Shown piece by piece: positions 17,651 to 26,853 of a stretch of DNA of 33,852 nucleotides. Every line of letters starts with the position of its first letter. The stretch's first letter is position 1. The stretch is from positions 1 to 33,852 of IMG/VR virus record IMGVR_UViG_3300027865_000025; one strand, given 5' to 3'. A model generated the notes under the pieces. That model was not told the DNA's origin, did not search any database, and was given only the letters and a program-made list of their open reading frames with translations. The stretch is from a virus (taxonomy: Duplodnaviria > Caudoviricetes). A program made the translations under genes and the position numbers.

Positions 17651-18229
17651 TTACGCAACAATTATTTGCGTATAGTGATAATCGCCAAATACAAGCTTCG
17701 TCGAGCCCAAACGATTTCTAATCCTAACATCGTTTCCGTTGTCAAACGCACAAAAGTCCCCGTCAGAATCGGTACCCGCGCTATTTGGGCCCGCTTCAAA
17801 CACAGTCACGGCACCGTTGTGGCCCCAAGCTATTTTCAACCACTCCAATGTCCCGGACCCCGTGGCCGCCATAAGCATGAAAGTGCCCCAACCGACCGTT
17901 TCCGCGGGTAGGTCAAAATACTCGTCATCGGCAAGCGACCGGGGCGCAACGTGGGTATGCACAACATTTCCATCCGCCACGGAGTAAGTCAAATCGTCGA
18001 CCACATCGGCCGTTATGATGTTTTTCCACGTGATAGGCGAATCATCTAACAAAATCCACAAGGTCTCGTCGTCCAACTGCTTGGCGATTTGATACACGTT
18101 GGCCGCCGCAAGTACAATGCTGCTACCTTCGTTTGTACCCGCTATACGGTTGGCCGCATCCGCATAGGTCAAATTGTGTATTGCATGCCTTGCGCCCAAA
18201 GCCACTTCGCTATGATTTACAGTCGTCAT
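17651..18229 (-). CDS. Tail/baseplate-associated structural protein
   Basis: Beta-rich acidic protein between the wedge gene and the fibre. Confidence 0.55.
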   Translation of the reverse strand: MTTVNHSEVALGARHAIHNLTYADAANRIAGTNEGSSIVLAAANVYQIAKQLDDETLWILLDDSPITWKNIITADVVDDLTYSVADGNVVHTHVAPRSLADDEYFDLPAETVGWGTFMLMAATGSGTLEWLKIAWGHNGAVTVFEAGPNSAGTDSDGDFCAFDNGNDVRIRNRLGSTKLVFGDYHYTQIIVA

Positions 18230-18233
18230 ATTT

Positions 18234-19088
18234 TCACCCTTCTACCACGTAGGAACCTGACCCATCTTCAACGATGAGATCAAGCGTCAAATCTTCAACC
18301 AACGGGTCGGAATACTCGATAAAAAGTCCTATCCATTGTTGCAACGGACAAAGCTTTAAAAGCAGGTTTTCAAATTCGTCTTGGCGCTCACTCGATATAA
18401 CAACCGATTCGCCAAAAGTCGTATCGCCAAAATATAAGAAATACGGCCAATAGTCGGGGTCGGTTGGCAACGGGTAATACACTCGACTCACCAAAAATCC
18501 ATCGTATTCGCCGCACTCGGCCGATGCTTCCCCGCATTGGGCAAGCGCTTGGCCACAAAGTACCGTCCAATTATAGCCCGTCCAATCTAGCTTGTTAACG
18601 AGCCAATATGGGTTTGCCCCTTGTGGTATTCGATTGCCGCACTCGGCTATTGGTTCCCCGCACTCGGCAATGTCTTCCCCGCACTCGACGGGCAACCCTA
18701 GCAACCACGCGATCGGATTGCGCACTTCCGGGGGGTCGCTAGCGGGTAGCCACCACTCGTGAATATAGACATCGAAGCCGTTGGCTTGAAGGGTGGCTTG
18801 GATATACGATGGATCTTGCCCGCCAATAGCCGCCCACGTTGCGGCCAAACGATCGCGCCGTTCTTGCTCGGTTAGATTGGTTTCGGGCAACCCCCATTGA
18901 TACTCCCAAGCGTCGAGCTCCCGTGTGGTTGCCGGGAACATATCGAGCCAAATTAAATCAAAGTATTCTTGGATGTCGTTGGGGAAGTCTATTAGCCCGT
19001 CAATTAGGCGTCTTAACGTATTGTCAAGCGTCAAGCGCCAAGCTTTAGCCCGTGGTAGCAAGTGCTTTGCTATGTTTAACCAAGCCAT
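18234..19088 (-). CDS. Baseplate wedge protein (Mu gp48 / DUF2313-like)
   Basis: LLPRAKAW, P.TT.ELDAWE..WGLP, RR.RL, GGQDPSYI, ENLLLKLCP. Confidence 0.8.
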   Translation of the reverse strand: MAWLNIAKHLLPRAKAWRLTLDNTLRRLIDGLIDFPNDIQEYFDLIWLDMFPATTRELDAWEYQWGLPETNLTEQERRDRLAATWAAIGGQDPSYIQATLQANGFDVYIHEWWLPASDPPEVRNPIAWLLGLPVECGEDIAECGEPIAECGNRIPQGANPYWLVNKLDWTGYNWTVLCGQALAQCGEASAECGEYDGFLVSRVYYPLPTDPDYWPYFLYFGDTTFGESVVISSERQDEFENLLLKLCPLQQWIGLFIEYSDPLVEDLTLDLIVEDGSGSYVVEG

Positions 19089-20287
19089 TATGGGTAACTC
19101 ACCGTTGCTTTACACTTCTCACCGGCCGCAAGGGTTCGGATTTGAAATGCAACCGCCGCTTCTTTTAAAATCACACTAGTAAACAAGCCTCCCAAAGCCG
19201 CCATTACGTCTTGAACGACACCACCTATTGCTGTATCGGTTATTTGGTCTTTTCTCACCCCTACACTCCAACCGGGTATGTACGGTTCACGGTCTAAGAA
19301 CCACGCTTCAACCGCCGCCGTTACGGCCGTTTCTGCTTCGGATACACTGGGCGCCGTGATGCCGTATACCTCGACGGTAAAGGCCGTGCGGGCGATTGCG
19401 AGCGAATTTACAAATGCATTGGCCGGGCGCCGTGTGGCAAGCCCCGCAACGTCCACTTCGATGGCGTTATAGACTTCCAAAAGCTTGGCCGCATCGGGTA
19501 TGCCGTCCGCATCCAAATCCGTCGACACTTCCGAGTATACGTCCACTTCGCCCGGGTCGCCTGTGTATGGATACACGTTAATCACGCCCGTTACAGTCTC
19601 ACCCCAAATAGAGTAGTCCGCATAAGCACCGCCCTGTGGTGGCGTTTGGAAGCGTGCAAAAATTCGGCTTTTATAGACCGACTCGGATTCTTCGTCGACG
19701 CCCGTCACGCTTTGGGCCGATACCACCCCATCGGGGTCCACATTGGCCGGGGGCGCCACAAACGATAACACCGTAGCATTGTCTACGTTGCCTTGATCGC
19801 CCGCTCCGTTGCCCCCTTGTTGGTCGCTTGCGGCGCGTATGGTGACCGTTTCAGTTGCGGGCCCCGCACCACCATATGCGGTGTCTCCGATCGTCACGTA
19901 GGTTATGCCACTCGCATCGTTAAGAATCGGTGTTCCCGAAGGTAACGTGTCCGCACCCGTGGGAAGCAATACGGTAAAATCGAAATCCACTTCGGCCGGT
20001 ACCGCTTCCGTGGGCGGGCCGACCCCCATCATAACACCCACGGCGGTGAGAGGCTTTACAGGCACCCCGTTGATCATGGTTTCCTGATTTGTCATGGTCT
20101 CGACAAACATTTGCAAGAACATGAAGCCGCCGTATTTGTACAGAATGATGAAAACGCCCGCGAATACTTTCGCAATCACTCGATTGAATGCTTTTGGTAG
20201 AAGCGGAATCGTTTGACTTAATTTCGCCTCTACTTGCGCGATAATTAGATCGTTGAGTTCCTGTATCGTGGGGACTTGTAGTGTCAT
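19088..20287 (-). CDS. Baseplate J-like wedge protein (Mu gp47-like)
   Basis: G.QGN, GVDEESESVYKSRI..PPQGGAYADY..W..V.GV. Confidence 0.9.
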   Translation of the reverse strand: MTLQVPTIQELNDLIIAQVEAKLSQTIPLLPKAFNRVIAKVFAGVFIILYKYGGFMFLQMFVETMTNQETMINGVPVKPLTAVGVMMGVGPPTEAVPAEVDFDFTVLLPTGADTLPSGTPILNDASGITYVTIGDTAYGGAGPATETVTIRAASDQQGGNGAGDQGNVDNATVLSFVAPPANVDPDGVVSAQSVTGVDEESESVYKSRIFARFQTPPQGGAYADYSIWGETVTGVINVYPYTGDPGEVDVYSEVSTDLDADGIPDAAKLLEVYNAIEVDVAGLATRRPANAFVNSLAIARTAFTVEVYGITAPSVSEAETAVTAAVEAWFLDREPYIPGWSVGVRKDQITDTAIGGVVQDVMAALGGLFTSVILKEAAVAFQIRTLAAGEKCKATVSYP

Positions 20288-20757
20288 TTTACCGCCCTAT
20301 CCCAATTTTCAGTGAAGGTAAATTCGTGCCGCTCGCCTTCGGCCAATATCACACAGGTAACGTTTATTTTGTTACGAATCGGAATTGTGGCCGTGACTTC
20401 GACACCCGACGCAATACCCGTTGTGACAAACGCCTTTTGCAAGTCACGTGTCGCCGCTTGCTCTGCAAGTAGTAGGTTGCCCGATGACGCGGGCAAGCCG
20501 ATTAAAATATGTTGTAACTCGCTTCGGTATTGGCGCGCTTCGTCGGGCTCGGTAAAATTACCCCACCATTGCTTTGTTTTGTCGTCGCCGCCCGGGTCAT
20601 CTTCATTGCCCCCAAATAGGGTCAAATACCCCATTGTATTAAACAGGGCTGTCATTTCTGTGATCCCACCTTCGATAGTGACATCACCACTATTCGTATC
20701 AGAGTGATACAGTAAGACATCGCCGTCTTGGGGTTGATTGTCGCCATATGTGCCCAT
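20284..20757 (-). CDS. Mu gp46-like baseplate protein
   Basis: LTLFGGN..WWGN..SELQ..AEQAATRDL; TAATG start at 20757. Confidence 0.75.
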   Translation of the reverse strand: MGTYGDNQPQDGDVLLYHSDTNSGDVTIEGGITEMTALFNTMGYLTLFGGNEDDPGGDDKTKQWWGNFTEPDEARQYRSELQHILIGLPASSGNLLLAEQAATRDLQKAFVTTGIASGVEVTATIPIRNKINVTCVILAEGERHEFTFTENWDRAVK

Positions 20758-21137
20758 TAATTGCACTCCGTATTGTCTTGACCCGCATCGTCCACAATAA
20801 CCGGTCCGTTGACTGTGCCCGTGCCGCCCGCCAACAATTCGCCTTCACAAGCCATCACGCCCGTGTCATCTTCCCGCATCGGGGCAAGCGCATCGATGTT
20901 CGTCTCTTGCGCGGTGGCCACAAGGGCTTGCGGGCCAACACTTGCCACGTCCCCGACCACAAAACCGGGCGCGCTACCGCCCGAAAAGGTGTACGTCAAA
21001 GCCGTTGTATAGACACCCTTTGTGTCCACCCCCACGTTGGCGTTGGGCGTCGATGTGATGACAAACGCCCCACCCGTTATTGTGGACCCGCTACCATGGG
21101 CAAGCGTGCCGCCGTCGACCATAATTAATTTCGTCAT
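20757..21137 (-). CDS. Putative PAAR-like spike-tip protein
   Basis: 126 aa Gly/Thr-rich protein right after the spike; APMREDD..C.G and terminal IVDDAGQ recall DUF4280-type PAAR-like proteins. Confidence 0.5.
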   Translation of the reverse strand: MTKLIMVDGGTLAHGSGSTITGGAFVITSTPNANVGVDTKGVYTTALTYTFSGGSAPGFVVGDVASVGPQALVATAQETNIDALAPMREDDTGVMACEGELLAGGTGTVNGPVIVDDAGQDNTECN

Positions 21138-21544
21138 GCTGTCGGCTTCGCTACGGTTAAATGACCATTGGCGCTAAACACGCCCAACGCACTTAACCCA
21201 AAATTACCCGCATCATTGACCACTTCAAAAGCCCCGTCGGCTTTAATCCATAAATGCGCTATTTCGGCGCCATCGGCGTCACGTGCTCTTAGGTAAATTG
21301 CGCCCGTGGCCGATGGGTCCGTGAAGGTCACATCGATGACCCCCACAACCGCGTGCTCGTCGCTTCCTTCTAACTCGGTAGTGACTACCAAATCACCATT
21401 TACGGGGTTGCATGAGACGCCCGCGGGCGCATATACGGCCGCCGTTACAACGTCATCGGCCCCAAAGTCAACGGTCGCTTCGTTGGCTTTTTCACCGTCC
21501 ACATCGACGGCTTTAAGTTGTTTAAACGTGCCTATTCGTCCCAT
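21134..21544 (-). CDS. Baseplate central spike (Mu gp45-like), short
   Basis: APAGVSCNP..GD, G.IYL.ARD, HLWIKADG; follows the hub gene. Confidence 0.72.
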   Translation of the reverse strand: MGRIGTFKQLKAVDVDGEKANEATVDFGADDVVTAAVYAPAGVSCNPVNGDLVVTTELEGSDEHAVVGVIDVTFTDPSATGAIYLRARDADGAEIAHLWIKADGAFEVVNDAGNFGLSALGVFSANGHLTVAKPTA

Positions 21545-22773
21545 GGTAAACTTTCCGGAGCTTCCCCACTAAACGCCCCCGGCATCACGAGCGTTAATTT
21601 CGCTGTTTCGCTCCGGGCGTCTTGATTTAGCTCGACATCACGTATCAAAAACTCATACCAGTTATAAACCATCGCATCGGGATAAAGTATCTGAATTGTG
21701 GTATTGGGCGCCCACAAATCACCTTGTGGATCGCGCCATGTGGCAACCTCTGCGGTATACGAAATCACATTAGCGAACATACGCCCCATACGCCCTTCGG
21801 CGGCAATTTGGGCATCCGCTTTGCGCCCGTCTTTGGCCACAAAAGTATTACATCGAAACACCCCTTCCGCTCGCATGTTAGTGACCGTATAAGCGGAGCC
21901 ACGTGACCCCAATTTAGTGGTTTTGATAGCGGATAGATGTGAATAGTACTCTTGGGGCTTCTGACCGCTCTCACCGAAAGATATAAGCGGTTGCTCACCT
22001 TGTTGCAAGCGGGCCACTGGAAAGCCCGTGGGCACGCTCCGGTGAAACAATAGATCGCCTTCGGTGGTATCTGTCATCACATAATTTCGCTCTTTTGCAA
22101 GGGGCGCCAAAAACTTTAAAATCCGTTGCTCCGGTTTGAGCTTTACCCTTCGAAAAGTAGCGCCCGCTTCGCCAAACATTTGAACGCCAACTTCATAGTA
22201 TCCAGCCACTTCGGTGGCTATTTGCTTTAAATCTAATTTGTTGAGCTCTATTGGAAACGATGTGATGGGGGCTGAACAATCGGATAAGATACCCGGGAAG
22301 CCGTACCCTGTAACCGTCACAACCGCCCCATCTTTACTCCCCTTGGACGTGGGCATAACGAGTGTACCGGTGAAATGGAGTGACCCGCCGATGAGTACAT
22401 TTAAGGCCACAAACCTAAGTGGTCTAAACGTCTCACGGAATTTAAACGACGTCGGTTCAAACGGAGCGCTGAAACTGGCCGATGAGACGCGGTCAATTGA
22501 CCGTTGAATCTGTATTTGTGTCCATCCTACAAATGACTCGCCATCGATGCGGACTTCAACCTCATCGGTGCCCCCCGTTGTGCCCTGTTGCGGTGCGTCG
22601 ACGGGGGCGGCGGGATCGGCAGGTACCGTGAGCACCACACCAGATACAAACGGCTCATGGGCGCCCGGATTGGCACGCCGTAACTTACTCGACTTTAGAT
22701 CGTCCCCGTAGACCTTGCGCGATACGCTTTCAAAGGTATCCCCGGCAACCGTGCTATACGTAGTATTTGACAC
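21532..22773 (-). CDS. Baseplate hub (Mu gpP/gp44-like) with N-terminal LysM/tail-X-like domain
   Basis: YSTVAGDTFESVSRKVYG..ANP..LTVP; FVGWTQIQIQRSID; WRDPQGDLWAPN. Confidence 0.85.
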   Translation of the reverse strand: MSNTTYSTVAGDTFESVSRKVYGDDLKSSKLRRANPGAHEPFVSGVVLTVPADPAAPVDAPQQGTTGGTDEVEVRIDGESFVGWTQIQIQRSIDRVSSASFSAPFEPTSFKFRETFRPLRFVALNVLIGGSLHFTGTLVMPTSKGSKDGAVVTVTGYGFPGILSDCSAPITSFPIELNKLDLKQIATEVAGYYEVGVQMFGEAGATFRRVKLKPEQRILKFLAPLAKERNYVMTDTTEGDLLFHRSVPTGFPVARLQQGEQPLISFGESGQKPQEYYSHLSAIKTTKLGSRGSAYTVTNMRAEGVFRCNTFVAKDGRKADAQIAAEGRMGRMFANVISYTAEVATWRDPQGDLWAPNTTIQILYPDAMVYNWYEFLIRDVELNQDARSETAKLTLVMPGAFSGEAPESLPWDE

Positions 22774-24016
22774 GGCGCCCCTTCGGTATTTCTAAAATTT
22801 CACTACCGGTGAACCTGTTTGAATTTATGAAAAAATCGATTTTACTCTCAAAATCTTCGCCGTAAAGCTCATAACCCAAATCCAAAAACGACCGGGCGCT
22901 TGTGAGTACCAGGGCGCGCTCTTGTTTGAGACTAAACGAGATCTCGACCAAGAAACCCGCCGCAAGCCCAACGGCATCCAGTAGCGCGGAATAGCCTTCG
23001 CCTGTGTCCAGTGAACTATTTTGTGGTATTGCATCCGTATCGGCGTCAACTATCGCTTCCCAATTGTCATCGCGCCAAGCGGTCAACAAGTCCCATTGGG
23101 CAAGTAGCGATTGAGCGGCTTCAAGGGCGTCCGTACGTGTGGTGAATTGATTGTTTAGCACACTCACAACCGAACCACTCACATAAGTAGACGCGAATAA
23201 TTCACGGGTCAAGAATAGGTTGGCGTCACTTGATACCGAATCGGATGAGCTAAAAATCGTTTGTGCAAGGTTGCCATAGGCTTCCAACCGATCGCGAATG
23301 GACGAAGCCGCGCGCCCGGGGGCTTGTATAGCAATTTTAGTCTGAAAAGCTAGGGTGAGCGGAGCGGCAATCAATACATCGATACCTCGATTAATGGAGT
23401 CAACTACGCCCTGGAATTGGTCATTAACTTTCTGTGTGGTCTTAGCTATTTTACCGAGCGCACTTTCAACCGTACCCAAAAGCGACTCAATACGGTCTTT
23501 AAAAGTGATTTGGTTAGCCGCTCCGGATATATCTATTTGTTTGGCAAATTGCGCCGCACTTGCCGCATTAAAAGCGTCGACGGCGGCCGATACTGAACTC
23601 GATAAATCGACGCCCCCCGTTGGGTATATAACACCGATCGTTTCCCAAAATTCTACCTCAACAATTGTCTGATTAGCCGCCGTTTTTAGGTCATCTCGGC
23701 GCCCAATTTCGCCAAAAGGGATAACATCGGCCGCGGCATAAAGTGGGTGCTCTAACCGCCCGTACCCATCTTCATTTAGAAGTACTTCGAAGCCGTCCGC
23801 TTCAATGTCGCAATCCGCCCCGGTGAAATGACAAAGCATTGGAAATTTTTGAATTCCAACGCCCCGATCTTGTATGTAGCCGCCCGTTACATTTGGGAAC
23901 TCAAAAGCGGTCGTTTTCTTATTCCACGTCTTGCTTACATCTTCAAACTTGAAAGTCAATCGCTTGCCCGATTTGGACGTGTATGCGGCTTCTTTTAATC
24001 TGTCTTCCCAACCCAT
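22754..24016 (-). CDS. Mu gpN-like DNA circularisation / tail tube initiator protein
   Basis: WEDRLKEAAY..FEFP..YIQDRG..GRLEHP..VEFWE; LysM-like C-terminus ELYG..NS..EIPKG. Confidence 0.85.
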   Translation of the reverse strand: MGWEDRLKEAAYTSKSGKRLTFKFEDVSKTWNKKTTAFEFPNVTGGYIQDRGVGIQKFPMLCHFTGADCDIEADGFEVLLNEDGYGRLEHPLYAAADVIPFGEIGRRDDLKTAANQTIVEVEFWETIGVIYPTGGVDLSSSVSAAVDAFNAASAAQFAKQIDISGAANQITFKDRIESLLGTVESALGKIAKTTQKVNDQFQGVVDSINRGIDVLIAAPLTLAFQTKIAIQAPGRAASSIRDRLEAYGNLAQTIFSSSDSVSSDANLFLTRELFASTYVSGSVVSVLNNQFTTRTDALEAAQSLLAQWDLLTAWRDDNWEAIVDADTDAIPQNSSLDTGEGYSALLDAVGLAAGFLVEISFSLKQERALVLTSARSFLDLGYELYGEDFESKIDFFINSNRFTGSEILEIPKGRRVKYYV

Positions 24017-25731
24017 TAAAATGACCCCGTTCGGTCTAAGGTCACACCTTGACCCAGTTCACCGCGCGTCACTTCGGCGCGTCCAGTGGCGTCTTTGATG
24101 GTTACTTCTGCGGAGCTTGTTTTTCGACTTTCCTCGATATACCGCGCGGTTTTCTCTTCGGGCGACACGACTTGTGGTGTAAAGCTCCCGCCCGGGCCCA
24201 TACCCGCTCGGTCGTCCCGTCCGCCGTCTACAATGGTTAAACCGGGCTTGGCTTCGTCGGCGCCAAATACCGACTTAACGGCGTCCACGATGGGTCCTAT
24301 GAAATTTTTGATTTTCTCTATACGTGACTTGATACCTGCTACAATACTATCCCAAATATGGATCACCATATCTTTTATAGACGTAAACGTATCTTTAATA
24401 CTTTTGACCGCCATACCAAACGCCTTAACCATCGCCTTGAAAAAACGGTCGGTATTCATTTTGATGTCAAGCCATAACTCTTGGAAAAAGTCACCTAACA
24501 AACGGAACACGTCGAAGTGCACGGCCAAAGCCACAAGTATGGCTATAAGTGCCATTATGCCCAATACGATGAGCGTTACAGGGTTAGCCATCATTACAAG
24601 GTTGACTAGGGTGAGTACCCCGATTAGTACTTTGGCAATCACGATTAGAGTACCTATAACCGCAACGATAGTCGCAATCGTCTTACCGTGCTCTTTCAAA
24701 AATGAAATCACTTCACCGACTTTTTTGATGGCTTTGAAAAACATGTCTATAAGGTTGCGCTGTTTATTCATTTCCCGGATCTTCTCAACCATCTTTTCGA
24801 GCCCCTTGCGCGCGCGCTCGACGAAGTCCACAACCTTACTCTTTATGAGTTCTTTATTGTTCTCGACCCATTCCCTAATGCGTTGGGTCATTTCGATCGC
24901 GCTCTTCATAATGTCTTTAATGACGGGCGCAAGCGTCTCACCAAGCCCCGCCGCCGTCAATTGGACATTATCCTTCAAAGTGCTAAAGATGCCACTTGTG
25001 GTTTTACTGGCAATCTCCATACCCTTGAAAAACAACCCGCCGTCTTTAGTCATTGTTTCGAAGGCGGTGTTTAAGTCGTCGACGCTAATTTTGCCCGCTC
25101 GCATTTGTTTAAAGAATTCGGGCCCAACCGCCATACCCATCGACGTGGCAAGCTCCGTAAATATGGGAACGCCCGCTTCCGCAATCATATTGAGCGACTC
25201 CATATCGACTTTACCCTTGAGACTCGCTTTGGTGAAACCCCTTGTGATTGACTCCAATTTCTTGGCGTTACCGCCCGCCGTGTCGCCAAGCATACGGACG
25301 GTCTTAATGGTGCGCTCAATGTCCCCGTCCATTACGGGTAGCAATTGCTTGGCCGTGTCCGCTAAATTCTCAAATTGAAAGGGTGTGGTTGCCGCCGTCT
25401 TGTTGAGTTGATCAACCATTTCTTTGGCTTTTTTAGCGCCCCCTAACAATGGAGTAAAAGCCGCTTCCGCATCTTCAATTTTAGAGAATTGCTTGACTAG
25501 GTAGCCAACGGCTAGCCCGGCCCCCACGACACCCGCCACAAGGGCTTTGGCGGCCACTCTGGCGACCGTTTTGAAGCCCCGCACTAGTTTATCAGATACC
25601 CTGTTAACCTTGCGCAGGCCGCGTTCCATGCGACTTGTGAACCGATGTACGCGCTTTTGCATGCGTGACATTGGGCGCGAGACTTTATCAATGGCTCGAA
25701 ATATCGCTTTTATTTCCAATTTTCGAGCCAT
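24016..25731 (-). CDS. Tape measure protein
   Basis: AIDKVSRP N-terminus; AATTPF..LGD.AGG..AEAGVPI..STLKDN tape-measure domain; hydrophobic ANP region. Confidence 0.9.
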   Translation of the reverse strand: MARKLEIKAIFRAIDKVSRPMSRMQKRVHRFTSRMERGLRKVNRVSDKLVRGFKTVARVAAKALVAGVVGAGLAVGYLVKQFSKIEDAEAAFTPLLGGAKKAKEMVDQLNKTAATTPFQFENLADTAKQLLPVMDGDIERTIKTVRMLGDTAGGNAKKLESITRGFTKASLKGKVDMESLNMIAEAGVPIFTELATSMGMAVGPEFFKQMRAGKISVDDLNTAFETMTKDGGLFFKGMEIASKTTSGIFSTLKDNVQLTAAGLGETLAPVIKDIMKSAIEMTQRIREWVENNKELIKSKVVDFVERARKGLEKMVEKIREMNKQRNLIDMFFKAIKKVGEVISFLKEHGKTIATIVAVIGTLIVIAKVLIGVLTLVNLVMMANPVTLIVLGIMALIAILVALAVHFDVFRLLGDFFQELWLDIKMNTDRFFKAMVKAFGMAVKSIKDTFTSIKDMVIHIWDSIVAGIKSRIEKIKNFIGPIVDAVKSVFGADEAKPGLTIVDGGRDDRAGMGPGGSFTPQVVSPEEKTARYIEESRKTSSAEVTIKDATGRAEVTRGELGQGVTLDRTGSF

Positions 25732-25740
25732 AAAATCACC

Positions 25741-25978
25741 TCACTTTGGCTTCGTCGCTTCCCTTAAAGACGGTCTAAGTGTGTCATAAAAATACTCAAC
25801 CTCATCGTAACTAAGCTCCCTAAAATCGCCTATTCCCCTAACGTCCGAAACAACCTGTAAAAACATCTCATGATAGACATTAAAAAAAGTATGTTTCGAA
25901 AATCCCTCCCGGTCTACGTCAAGCCGCACATCGGCCCCATTGCGAACCAAAAGCGGTTCGCTCACTTCACAAAAAAAA
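25741..25978 (-). CDS. Tail assembly chaperone -1 frameshift extension (gpGT-like)
   Basis: Open in the -1 frame from the T8 tract at 25971-25978 to just before the tape measure gene. Confidence 0.7.
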
Positions 25979-26360
25979 GCGATACAATCGACATACAAAT
26001 ATCAATATCGGCCCAATCCATCGCGCCTATTTTAGACGGTGCGACACCCGTAAACGCCCCAATTAGCGCATAGGCTTGGCCGACTTTTTGAGAATCCTTC
26101 TTTTTGTCAATTACGGCGACATTACCGCCTTTTGGCTTGATAAACGTTAACGGGTCACAATCTTCCGGGTAGTACACAACTTGATCGTTCTCGTTTACAA
26201 TTGCCCTACCCGCCATAATTTCAAGCGTCAAAATTTCAATGTCTTCTCTAACGTCTTTGCGCTCGTTTTCGTCCATCCCTTCACGGTCTAAACGGAGCCG
26301 CATCGCATCCTTGAACCGCTCAAAGTCTTCAACCGCTATTTCTCTTGTAACTTTTTCCAT
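25962..26360 (-). CDS. Tail assembly chaperone (gpG-like)
   Basis: Between tube and tape measure; GVAPSKIGAMDWAD..LFF; ends on a slippery site. Confidence 0.78.
   Translation of the reverse strand: MEKVTREIAVEDFERFKDAMRLRLDREGMDENERKDVREDIEILTLEIMAGRAIVNENDQVVYYPEDCDPLTFIKPKGGNVAVIDKKKDSQKVGQAYALIGAFTGVAPSKIGAMDWADIDICMSIVSLFFVK
25971..25979 (-). other. Programmed -1 ribosomal frameshift site CTT TTT TTT
   Basis: T TTT TTT heptamer two codons before the chaperone stop. Confidence 0.7.
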
Positions 26361-26365
26361 TGTGG

Positions 26366-26444
26366 TTATCCCCTCCCGTTGGGATAAAAAGGCGTCACGC
26401 CCCCGTTAGGGGCGGGAGGAGCCGGGGAGCGGCCCGCGTGACGC
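26366..26444 (-). promoter_or_regulatory. Structured cis-regulatory RNA between tail tube and chaperone
   Basis: 9-bp inverted repeat 26392-26400/26436-26444 enclosing two hairpins, a U-run, an SD-containing hairpin 26366-26387 and an anti-SD at 26413-26420. Confidence 0.6.
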
Positions 26445-26456
26445 ACAAATGTTCCC

Positions 26457-26840
26457 CTATTGTTTGGTCAACTTACCGGGGCCCGTGAATACCACGGGGC
26501 CACTTGCACTTTGGCTCGACCTTGCAAGCTCACCCGATACCGACCCGACGCCCTGGTACGTTTTGCCCGATGCAAAAGTAAACGCGCAAGGGACGTCGAT
26601 GTCATTATCCGCAATGTCTTGCAAAAACTCCAAATCGCCGTTTGACTCGTCCATTGACAAGTTGAGCCCGGTCACACTCCATGTAACGCGCGTCTTGATT
26701 TTACGCGCGGTACTATCGCCGTTTGCTGAATGGGTCGCTTCGAAGCCGCCCAATTTTACAACGGCTTCACTATCCGCCGTTGGGGAAAAATCCCGCCCGC
26801 CGATATTTGCTGTTTCTACGCTTCCACCTACTGCCGACAT
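26457..26840 (-). CDS. Tail tube protein
   Basis: 127 aa directly after the sheath; SANGDSTAR, TFASGKTYQG. Confidence 0.78.
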   Translation of the reverse strand: MSAVGGSVETANIGGRDFSPTADSEAVVKLGGFEATHSANGDSTARKIKTRVTWSVTGLNLSMDESNGDLEFLQDIADNDIDVPCAFTFASGKTYQGVGSVSGELARSSQSASGPVVFTGPGKLTKQ

Positions 26841-26853
26841 ATTTCAACCTCCC

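Noticed and set aside
24086-25378. 430-aa plus-strand ORF
   Set aside because: Antisense shadow of the tape measure gene.
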